Positions 31,084 to 39,006 of a stretch of 64,000 nucleotides of DNA are shown piece after piece. Source of the DNA: an uncultured Methanosarcinales archaeon (lineage in GTDB: Archaea > Nanobdellota > Nanobdellia > Woesearchaeales > JACJVV01); assembly GCA_964581515.1 (NCBI GenBank), contig CAZOOV010000001.1, positions 180,823 to 244,822 on the forward strand, read 5' to 3'. The notes beneath the pieces were generated by a model. That model was not told the DNA's origin. It did not search any database and saw nothing but the letters and a program-made list of their open reading frames with translations. Numbering within the stretch: position 1 is the stretch's first letter; every line of letters starts with the position of its first letter. Both the position numbers and the translations under genes were made by a program.

Positions 31084-31683
31084 TTATTTTCCTCCACCAA
31101 ACATCTTTCCTATGTCTTCTGTTACTCTGGTAAGGACATTGCTTTTCTTCTCTGTATCATCTTTAGTGATGAACCAAATCAAGACTCCGAATACAAGCAC
31201 TATTATAACAAATGCTGCGATGTCTGGATGCTTATTGATATTTAACCAATCCAACCACCAAGGCACTTCATGCCTGAATCCTGGCCATCCTGTTGATCTT
31301 CCAAAGATGTATAAGATTATTAACAAGGAGATTATTGCAATCCAGCCAGATATGCTTGTACCAAGCCATCTAACTTCTCCGCCTAATATCCCTATTAAGA
31401 GTAAGAGCATAACAACACCGACCAAAACAATCGATACTCCAGGTAATGCACTATTTATTACCGGCACTATGTCTGGTTGCATACCAAGGACATGTGGAAA
31501 TATAACTGCTAAGCCCATAACAAGTGCAATAACTGAGTTAAAATTCTTCTTGCCTTTTCCAAGGATTTCTGTCTTTTGCAAAATTGCAAAAACAATAACA
31601 TATATCAAAAAGAATGGTAATAGCACATCAGCTACTCCCCACTGTTCTAGTAACAATATAAAACCTTTAAAGTTCATGTTCAT
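31084..31683 (-). CDS. Multi-pass membrane protein, paralogue 2
   Basis: GVADVLLPFFLIYVIVFAILQKTEILG motif. Confidence 0.85.
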   Translation of the reverse strand: MNMNFKGFILLLEQWGVADVLLPFFLIYVIVFAILQKTEILGKGKKNFNSVIALVMGLAVIFPHVLGMQPDIVPVINSALPGVSIVLVGVVMLLLLIGILGGEVRWLGTSISGWIAIISLLIILYIFGRSTGWPGFRHEVPWWLDWLNINKHPDIAAFVIIVLVFGVLIWFITKDDTEKKSNVLTRVTEDIGKMFGGGK

Positions 31684-31771
31684 AACCTCCTCATGATAAC
31701 ATTAATATTATTTTAAGGTAGTATCTATATACTGAAAGTTATCATTTATAAATGTTTATGAGTTTTAATAC

Positions 31772-32359
31772 CTAATCTGATTTTTTTGATGATGTTGACT
31801 TTCCTTGATCTGCTCCTTTCATAACAAACCACATGAATAGTACAACAATGATTAATAATACAACTGACGACACCACAGTACTGTTATTGAAATCTGCTAA
31901 AAAGCCAAATAAAACCTGCAACCATGTACGGTTACTTTCTGTCGTGATTGCATTAAGGAATATAAAAATAATTGATACAAACATAATAATCATAAAAATA
32001 GTTGACCATGGCTTCTCAAGATAGACAGGTCCTTCTTCTTCTTTCATGAATGAACCAATCAACATAAGGAAAAATACCGATAATAATAACAAGACTACTA
32101 TTTGTGCTGCAGTCTGATTAACTATTGCAACAATCCTACTTGAGGCAATCGTTAGAAACGCTATAACAAAAGCAGTCATTGCATTAAGATTCTTTTTAGT
32201 TACTTTTGTACCTTCAACTACATCCATACCAAGTACTTTTGTCTTCTCTAAAATTGCAAAGACAATTGTAAACACTAATAAGAAAGGTAGTATTACATCA
32301 TATATACCTAATTTATCAAAAAAAACTAGTGTTCCCCTGAATGTTGATACTTCTGCCAT
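31772..32359 (-). CDS. Multi-pass membrane protein, paralogue 1
   Basis: GIYDVILPFLLVFTIVFAILEKTKVLG motif. Confidence 0.85.
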   Translation of the reverse strand: MAEVSTFRGTLVFFDKLGIYDVILPFLLVFTIVFAILEKTKVLGMDVVEGTKVTKKNLNAMTAFVIAFLTIASSRIVAIVNQTAAQIVVLLLLSVFFLMLIGSFMKEEEGPVYLEKPWSTIFMIIMFVSIIFIFLNAITTESNRTWLQVLFGFLADFNNSTVVSSVVLLIIVVLFMWFVMKGADQGKSTSSKKSD

Positions 32360-32504
32360 TAGATAAAAATCTATTAATCATAATATATAAATCTTTCTGT
32401 TTTTTATATTGACCGAAAAAGAAGATTTTATATATTATAGTCGACTTAATTACTTTAAACATAATATCATCAATTTACAACGTTCGTAAACTGCCAGGCC
32501 CACG

Positions 32505-32984
32505 ATGGAAAAATTTCTTGAACTCCAGGAGTCAGCGTTAACATATCAGAAGAACGCTGAACAAGGTATTAATTTTACTTATCCTTTGGTCAAAGAGAAT
32601 AAAGTACTCCTAAGTGTTGTAAACAACCTATTTTTGGCTGGAACAAACATAATGGGGAGTATTTTACACTATGAACTGCTATATAAGCGTATACCTGCAT
32701 TTAATGATAATTTTGAAGCAAAATATAGGTTAATGCGAAGTAGAATCATGGAAAAATACCATCTTGACGCCCAGTATCTTAAATTAGTACGTGATTTGAA
32801 AGAAATAATAATAGCACATCACGAATCCCCTATTGAATTCTCAAGGGGATCAAAATTCGTCATTTGTAATGATAATTACGAACTGAAGGAAATATCCCTT
32901 GAAAGCCTGAAAGATGCCATGAGAAAAACAAAATTATTTATAGATGAAGTCATTAGCATAACAAAGCAGAAGGAAATTATTTGA
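32505..32984 (+). CDS. Hypothetical helical protein
   Basis: 159 aa; EFSR motif; possibly a distant relative of the next ORF. Confidence 0.75.
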   Translation: MEKFLELQESALTYQKNAEQGINFTYPLVKENKVLLSVVNNLFLAGTNIMGSILHYELLYKRIPAFNDNFEAKYRLMRSRIMEKYHLDAQYLKLVRDLKEIIIAHHESPIEFSRGSKFVICNDNYELKEISLESLKDAMRKTKLFIDEVISITKQKEII

Positions 32985-33117
32985 TAGGTTATGGGTCATG
33001 AACACTTTATTTGCATATAGCAAGTAGAATTTGCCGATTATCAATTTCTTCTCAAGTAAGGCAAAAATACAATAATATGATAAATATTCAATAAATAAAT
33101 ATGAAAGGTGCAAACTA

Positions 33118-33579
33118 ATGCAAGAATCACTTTTTTATGCTTCACAAGAAATGAAAAGAGCTGAACATCTATTATATGTCAGTCTAAAATATACAAGAAC
33201 GGGAGATGTAATAAAGAGCTTAGTATCCAGACTAATAGCATGTTTTGATTTTGTTATAGACGGAATGTTAGAAATAGAAGAAGAAAAAGGTAGTATTGTC
33301 GAAGTACCAAACAGCCCTTTTGCCAAAGTAACAGTATTAAAGAGAATATATAAAGATAATGAAGAGATGTGTGTATATCTTGATTACTATCTCCTACTGA
33401 GAAAAATATCAAGAAGCAATTCAGAAGCATCTCATGAGTTCAGGAGAAATCTTGTATTAAGAGTTAAACTCGATGATAAAGAGGTTGAAATTACAATCGA
33501 TATTTCTGGAGATTATTACCATAAAACTCATGATTTCTTAAAATTTATAAAGGACATCCATATATTAGATGAAAAATGA
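33118..33579 (+). CDS. Hypothetical helical protein
   Basis: 153 aa; AEHLLYV and EFRR; ATGA-coupled to minD. Confidence 0.75.
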   Translation: MQESLFYASQEMKRAEHLLYVSLKYTRTGDVIKSLVSRLIACFDFVIDGMLEIEEEKGSIVEVPNSPFAKVTVLKRIYKDNEEMCVYLDYYLLLRKISRSNSEASHEFRRNLVLRVKLDDKEVEITIDISGDYYHKTHDFLKFIKDIHILDEK

Positions 33580-34391
33580 GAAGTGTGGTTATCGCATCAG
33601 GCAAAGGTGGTGTAGGAAAAACTACTTTAGCCCTTAACCTTGCACTAGCACTTACAAGATATGGTAGACAAACTATACTTGTTGATGGGAATTTTGATTT
33701 TCCCCATGTTGGACTTATGCTTGGTAAATCAAATTTTGAAGAGACAATTATTTCTGCAATTGAAGATAGGAAGAATATAAAAGAAGTAGTGTATAAACAC
33801 CAGTCAGGACTCAAAATCGTACCTGGAAATATATCTTTAGAACATTTACACAAAAAAGATATCAATAAATTCAATAAATTAGTTAATCAATTAGATGAAT
33901 ATGCTGAAATTGTCATTGTTGATTCTGGGCATGGATTTAACAAAGAGAATATAGAAGTAATTGGTAATTGTACTGATATAATTCTTGTAACTACTCCTGA
34001 TTTTGTATCTGTTACAGAGACTCTAAAACTTTTAAAGATTATTAAACAAAATCCTAATTCTAAAATATTAGGTGTGATTGTAAATAAGGATTCAGGAAAA
34101 GATTATGATATGAAAGTAGAAAATATACAAACGTTACTTGGAGAGAAAGTAATTGGGGTTGTACCTGAACATAAGAGCGTCAAACAATCATTGAAACTTA
34201 AACATCCACTTATATATAGCCATCCAAGTTCTGCTGCAACAGAAGCGATTGAAAAAATTGCATGTAATCTAATAAACAAACCATATCAAAAAAAAGAAGT
34301 TGTGAAAAAGACAAAACTTGTAAATATTATGGATAAAGTAGGACTAAAGAAATGGTATGAAACACTTCTAGATGAGGAGGATGAAGATTAA
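33576..34391 (+). CDS. minD: MinD/ParA family ATPase
   Basis: SGKGGVGKTT deviant Walker A, LVDGN, IVPG, VIVDSG, LVTTPD, GVIVNK. Confidence 0.88.
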   Translation: MRSVVIASGKGGVGKTTLALNLALALTRYGRQTILVDGNFDFPHVGLMLGKSNFEETIISAIEDRKNIKEVVYKHQSGLKIVPGNISLEHLHKKDINKFNKLVNQLDEYAEIVIVDSGHGFNKENIEVIGNCTDIILVTTPDFVSVTETLKLLKIIKQNPNSKILGVIVNKDSGKDYDMKVENIQTLLGEKVIGVVPEHKSVKQSLKLKHPLIYSHPSSAATEAIEKIACNLINKPYQKKEVVKKTKLVNIMDKVGLKKWYETLLDEEDED

Positions 34392-34930
34392 TGCCTAAAA
34401 AAAAAGAAGTGAAGAAAAATAATAAGAAAACTAAAACTATTTCCCAAGAAGAAATCACTTCTTCTACCTTAGAGCGCATTAAAAGGCTTGAAGACATTCA
34501 TCAGAGAAAATTAGAAGAACATACTTCTTCTGATACAACTGCTTTTTGGACATTCCTATTAATTGCTATTATTACTAATTTTTTCTTATCATTCATATTA
34601 GTATTCTTATTAGTATTTCTTAATGACCCGCTTTTATATGCATTAGTTATAATAATTGGTCTTAGTTTTGGATATGTTTATACATTTCTTATCCATAGCC
34701 TTAGACATACTTTCTTCCATCATCATATGTATTCCAAGATGTTTATATTCATCACAGGAGCAATAAACATATTTTATATTGTAACCACAAGTGAGATTGT
34801 GTTCAATGGATTTAATATACCAAATGATTTCTATAATCAGATAGGAATTCCAATAGTATATTTCATAGCTTATCTTGCACCTTATTTCCTTGAGAAGATG
34901 TGGAAAGTATTGTTTGGAAAAGCGTTTTAA
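34391..34930 (+). CDS. Four-TM membrane protein
   Basis: Basic N-terminus followed by hydrophobic helices; translationally coupled to minD. Confidence 0.75.
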   Translation: MPKKKEVKKNNKKTKTISQEEITSSTLERIKRLEDIHQRKLEEHTSSDTTAFWTFLLIAIITNFFLSFILVFLLVFLNDPLLYALVIIIGLSFGYVYTFLIHSLRHTFFHHHMYSKMFIFITGAINIFYIVTTSEIVFNGFNIPNDFYNQIGIPIVYFIAYLAPYFLEKMWKVLFGKAF

Positions 34931-35023
34931 TACTCAAAAAAGCATACTCATGAGTTTTACTTTTTTGGTCGAAATCCTCTCAGGAAACTCACAACTTCAA
35001 TTGTGAGAGGATTTCATTACGCA

Positions 35024-35037
35024 AAAAGCTTTATAAA
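35024..35037 (+). promoter_or_regulatory. BRE-TATA promoter of tRNA-His
   Basis: AAAAGCTTTATAAA about 30 nt upstream of the tRNA. Confidence 0.5.
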
Positions 35038-35067
35038 ACAAAGTTAATTTATCTGATTAAATTATAT

Positions 35068-35206
35068 GGCGGCCTTAGTGTAGTCTGGTTAGCATAGAAG
35101 ACTGTGGACGATTGCTCACCTGTTTACAAAAACAGGCAGAAATCTTCTGGCCCGAGTTCAAAACAGCCTTGATTTCTTCAAGGTTGGTGAAAGTCTCGGG
35201 GGCCGC
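35068..35206 (+). tRNA. tRNA-His(GUG) with two introns (37/38 at 35108-35141; 59/60 at 35163-35192)
   Basis: Encoded G-1, acceptor GCGGCCT/GGGCCGC, C73 discriminator, anticodon arm GAAGA-CTGTGG^A-TCTTC, T arm CCGAG-TTCAAA^T-CTCGG; relaxed BHB at both junctions; CCA not encoded. Confidence 0.92.
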
Positions 35207-35221
35207 CCTTTTTTCTTTAAG

Positions 35222-35836
35222 ATGAAAGGAACTATAAATGGTAAAAAAGCAAGAGAATATGATAAACAAGTAAATGCAACTACAAGAAGCAATAAGAAAA
35301 ATTCTTTCCTTAATAGAGAAATTAAAGGCAAAAAGAATATAATTGTAGACCTATGCTGTGGAAGTGGAATTTCTTTAGATGTTTTACTTACAAAAGCTAA
35401 AAAAATCTATGCAATTGATGCTTCTGAAGAAATGATAAGTATTTGCAAAGAAAAAGTAAAGAATGAAAAAGTAAAATTTATTGTTTCTGATGTTAGGAAT
35501 GTCTCTATAAAAGATGAAGAATGCGATTATGTCATCATAAGAATGGGATTGCACCATATCAGAGATAAACAAGGAGTTATTGAAGAAGCATATAGAATTT
35601 TAAAGAAAAAAGGAAAATTATTAGTCATTGATAGGTTTAGATGTGAAAACATCATAATGACTTATCTGAAAGATATAATAAGAAATATTCATATGGGGAT
35701 GAATGCATTCCAACACCATTATATTAAATTAAATGAGTTTTATAAGATGATAAATGGAAAATTTAAAGTAATAAATAAGTTTGAACACAAGATTAAGTTT
35801 TATACAAAAGCAAACATCGTCTTAAAAAAGATCTAA
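35222..35836 (+). CDS. Class I SAM-dependent methyltransferase
   Basis: VDLCCGSG, YAIDAS, FIVSDV, RMGLHHI, RILKKKGKLLVID. Confidence 0.88.
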   Translation: MKGTINGKKAREYDKQVNATTRSNKKNSFLNREIKGKKNIIVDLCCGSGISLDVLLTKAKKIYAIDASEEMISICKEKVKNEKVKFIVSDVRNVSIKDEECDYVIIRMGLHHIRDKQGVIEEAYRILKKKGKLLVIDRFRCENIIMTYLKDIIRNIHMGMNAFQHHYIKLNEFYKMINGKFKVINKFEHKIKFYTKANIVLKKI

Positions 35837-35925
35837 TATTCTGATGTAACCATTAATTAGTACTACACAAAGTTTATAATATTTTTCAGTGGATAGTTAT
35901 TATTCAGTGGTGGGGTGTTAATATA

Positions 35926-36888
35926 ATGGGACTTTTCGGTAAAAAACAAGATAAGAATTCTGAACCTCCTTTACCAGATAATCTGCCGCCCCTTGACAGC
36001 GCTCCTCCAGTTGGCGCGCCAGGTTCTGTACCACCAATCCAACCTAACATTACAACTCATGATCAAATACCTAATGATATACAATTAAATCCACCTGTAC
36101 CAGATATGCCTCCACCTACACAACCAAGCATGGGTGAGCCATTGATTAATAATAATAGTTTTGCACCACATCCTGCACTTGGACCTGAACAAGGAATGAT
36201 GCAAAAGACGAAAGAACAAAAACTTCCAGAACCAAATATACCTAATCCAGATACATTCTCAGCAGGTGTTCCAGGAAATGTTGAAGCTCAAGAGCCAGAT
36301 AGTCTTCCAGATTTACCTGAGATAGACCATAGTAGTACTGAACTACCTGAGCTTCCAGACATAAAAGACATACCTAATCCAAGACCACAGAGTCAAAGCG
36401 CTGCACCAACCCAGATAGAAGAGCCAAGACCACAAGTAGATGATGAGGTCCCTACTCCACCACCAATATTCTCTGATGAGGAATTCTATGAAACACCTAA
36501 TGAAATAAGGCATCTTGTCAATGAGAAAAAGATTAAACATCATCATCATAAACCTAAACAATTATTTGCTGAAGAACATACTTATGTTCATGAAGACGTA
36601 GAAGATGATATACCAAAAGAAGCACCTGGAAAAGAAGGAGTAGAAGGAGGAATGGAGAATTACCATCAAAGACCAGGACCAATATTTATTAATATTGATG
36701 CTTTCAAAGGAATGCTGGGAGATATAGAAACTATTCAAAAGGACATTAAATCATCTGAGTTGATACTACAACATCTTCAGGAAATCAAAAATGCAAAAGA
36801 TATGGAACTTGAAAGATGGAGAGTACAACTTGAAAATATTCAAAAAAAAGTAACATATGTTGATAAAGTTTTATTCAATGAGGCATAA
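35926..36888 (+). CDS. Pro/acid-rich disordered protein with C-terminal helical hairpin
   Basis: MGLFGKK start, ~230 aa low-complexity region, His patch, C-terminal PIFINID...VDKVLF. Confidence 0.8.
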   Translation: MGLFGKKQDKNSEPPLPDNLPPLDSAPPVGAPGSVPPIQPNITTHDQIPNDIQLNPPVPDMPPPTQPSMGEPLINNNSFAPHPALGPEQGMMQKTKEQKLPEPNIPNPDTFSAGVPGNVEAQEPDSLPDLPEIDHSSTELPELPDIKDIPNPRPQSQSAAPTQIEEPRPQVDDEVPTPPPIFSDEEFYETPNEIRHLVNEKKIKHHHHKPKQLFAEEHTYVHEDVEDDIPKEAPGKEGVEGGMENYHQRPGPIFINIDAFKGMLGDIETIQKDIKSSELILQHLQEIKNAKDMELERWRVQLENIQKKVTYVDKVLFNEA

Positions 36889-36890
36889 AA

Positions 36891-37106
36891 ATGGAAGGAA
36901 AATCACTATACGTTAAAGTTGATGATTACAAAGATATCGTTGATATCATGACTTTGATTAAGAAAAAGATCCAGGATGCAAAAGGCATCTTAAACTCAAT
37001 CAATAATCTGAAGAACGATGAAGATATAGAAATAGATGAGTGGAATAATAATATTGAAGAGATTGATAGAAAAATAGATGACCTAGATAGGGCATTATTC
37101 GAGTAA
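36891..37106 (+). CDS. Stand-alone helical-hairpin protein, paralogue of the previous C-terminus
   Basis: LYVKVDDYK...EDIEIDEW...LDRALFE. Confidence 0.8.
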   Translation: MEGKSLYVKVDDYKDIVDIMTLIKKKIQDAKGILNSINNLKNDEDIEIDEWNNNIEEIDRKIDDLDRALFE

Positions 37107-37222
37107 AATAAAAAAATCCCAACCACCGCAAAGGTGAGGTATTTTTAATGTTATGATACCACATCAATGCGAGAAATAAGAGAGGAAATCCAACCAATAT
37201 AAGCAGAGTGGAATCATAACAA

Positions 37223-37585
37223 ATGAGCGAAGAAGAATCATCATTCTATGTTGCTATACAAGATCCAAAGAGTTTTAGAAGAGAACTACTAGGATCAAGT
37301 AAGGATATGATTAAGCTTCTTCAAAAATATGAAGACATAAAGAAGATTAGAGAACAAAAGATTAAGCTTATGTATGAATTCTCACAAACAAAAACCGAAA
37401 TTGCAATGCTTATGGGTAAGTTAAAGCGAGCAATACCTAAAACAAAATTAAGAAATGCATATGATAACCCTAAAGTAATTGAGAAAAAGAAGATTGTAGC
37501 ACCGCGTAAAGAAGTACACCCTGATCTTTCAAGTCTTCAGAATGAACTTGCTTCTATTGAAGAGAAATTAGGTAAATTGAAGTAA
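37223..37585 (+). CDS. Coiled-coil protein
   Basis: FYVAIQDPKSFRRELL followed by long helices. Confidence 0.78.
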   Translation: MSEEESSFYVAIQDPKSFRRELLGSSKDMIKLLQKYEDIKKIREQKIKLMYEFSQTKTEIAMLMGKLKRAIPKTKLRNAYDNPKVIEKKKIVAPRKEVHPDLSSLQNELASIEEKLGKLK

Positions 37586-37586
37586 A

Positions 37587-37985
37587 TTATTTCTTTAGAA
37601 GACTTCTACATCCATTATATGTTGTTTTTAGAATATTGTAAGGAATTTCAAGTGCATATGTTCCCATTAAAGTAGGTTCTTTTTCTCTTAAGTCAGGAAA
37701 CCTTGCAAAACCATCAACCATCATGGCTGCAAATGTAGTTCTAGCTTCAGGAGATTGAGAATATATCATTCCAATAAAACCAGCAGTAAGTTCTAAAGCA
37801 GAACTGAAATAAACTGATTCAGCTGCTTCATAATTAGGTATTATTTTTTCTAATTTCTTTTGTTCAGGTAAAAGAGAGACCACTGTATCAATCACTAAAG
37901 CGCATACTCCTGCTGTTAAACCAAATGTTATGTAAGAAGCGTCTAAAAATTTATCAGCGATACTTGTTTTTGTTACTGCATCCAT
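37587..37985 (-). CDS. Hypothetical membrane protein
   Basis: Start moved to MDAVTK because the track start lies inside the repeat array. Confidence 0.6.
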   Translation of the reverse strand: MDAVTKTSIADKFLDASYITFGLTAGVCALVIDTVVSLLPEQKKLEKIIPNYEAAESVYFSSALELTAGFIGMIYSQSPEARTTFAAMMVDGFARFPDLREKEPTLMGTYALEIPYNILKTTYNGCRSLLKK

Positions 37986-38089
37986 AACAGATATAATTTT
38001 AATTGATGTTTTAAAGATTTGTTTCTTTGAGAATATAAGAAAAAATGATTTAGATGTAAGAATTATGTAGAAAAAAAGTGTGAGGGAGG

Positions 38090-38240
38090 ACAATCTCACT
38101 AACGTTCTTTGCATAGTACTAATGTACTATACAATCTCACTAACGTTCCAGGCCTAGTACTATGTACTAGACAATCTCACTAACGTTCTTTGCATAGTAC
38201 TAATGTACTATACAATCTCACTAACGTTCCAAGCCCTCCC
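38090..38240. repeat. Tandem hairpin repeat array downstream of tRNA-Leu
   Basis: ACAATCTCACTAACGTTC x4 at 38090, 38131, 38171, 38212 with alternating 23/22-nt hairpin spacers. Confidence 0.95.
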
Positions 38241-38288
38241 TTTAACGTTTAATTGTGTTTTAGATGTAAATCAGGTAAAAAGATAAAG

Positions 38289-38422
38289 TGTGAGGGAGGG
38301 GATTCGAACCCCCGAACCCACTAAAGGACAGGATGCCTCAAACGCTGAAAGTCATTGTGTTTTCACACTCTTAACTCAATTTCTTGAGTCCTGCGCGTTT
38401 GACCAGACTTCGCTACCCTCAC
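38289..38422 (-). tRNA. tRNA-Leu(CAA) with 48-nt intron at 37/38 (38335-38382)
   Basis: Acceptor GTGAGGG/CCCTCAC, A73, CAGGA-CTCAAG^A-TCCTG, long variable arm, GGTTCGAATCC; BHB central helix CTCA/TGAG. Confidence 0.95.
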
Positions 38423-38468
38423 ATAAATTATAAGAATGATAAATATCAATCTCTTTTTAAAGTTTTAG

Positions 38469-38867
38469 TTACTGCTCATGCTTGTGTAAGAAGAAGGCTA
38501 TACCAAAGATTATGGTAACAGCAATAAGTACTGAGAAAAGTTCAATATTAAAATTATTATTTGGATGATTTAGTGGACTTTCAATATCTGGACGTCTTAA
38601 ATCAAGTTCCATATCATTCATAGGTATTGTAACAGAATAAATGCTTTCGCAATTATTTTCAGATTCACATACGCCCTGTCCGTTCTTCTCACAACAAATT
38701 TGATTTATACAATCTGAATCAGCTGTGCAAGATATATAGCAGTCTCCATCGATACATGTCATTGTATCTTTAATGACGTTTCCGGTTAATGAAGATCCTA
38801 AAAAGAATAAAAGAGCAGATAATGATATTATAAAAGTTACAGTGAATATTGTGTCATTTTTATCCAT
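38469..38867 (-). CDS. Cys-rich membrane-anchored surface protein
   Basis: N-terminal TM followed by LTGNVI, eight-Cys domain, C-terminal TM. Confidence 0.75.
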   Translation of the reverse strand: MDKNDTIFTVTFIISLSALLFFLGSSLTGNVIKDTMTCIDGDCYISCTADSDCINQICCEKNGQGVCESENNCESIYSVTIPMNDMELDLRRPDIESPLNHPNNNFNIELFSVLIAVTIIFGIAFFLHKHEQ

Positions 38868-39006
38868 ATGAATGAATTTTTAATATAAGCATTAATAAAT
38901 ATTTTGATTTGAATAGCAAGGGGAAAAATAACAGAGAGAGATAATAGAGAAAGATAACAGAAAAAAAGAAAGAAAAAAATAAAATAAAAAGAAAAAACTA
39001 ATCAGA

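Noticed and set aside
32472-32498. TTTAC-AACGTTC-GTAAA hairpin plus CCAGGCC resembling the 38090 repeats
   Set aside because: Only two 7-nt matches; cannot be separated from chance without a genome-wide count
35206-35925. Integrated element at tRNA-His
   Set aside because: An AT-rich methyltransferase follows the tRNA, but I see no duplicated tRNA 3' end and no integrase
35926-36888. ESCRT-III/Snf7 homologue suggested by MGLFGKK
   Set aside because: A disordered Pro-rich region follows instead of the long alpha1-alpha2 hairpin; no Vps4 nearby
37986-38114. N-terminal extension of track ORF 37587..38114
   Set aside because: The start lies within the repeat array and the extension is low-complexity
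38090-38229. CRISPR array
   Set aside because: Repeats are only 18 nt, spacers are 22-23 nt, spacers 1 and 3 are identical and all are related hairpins; no cas genes in the window
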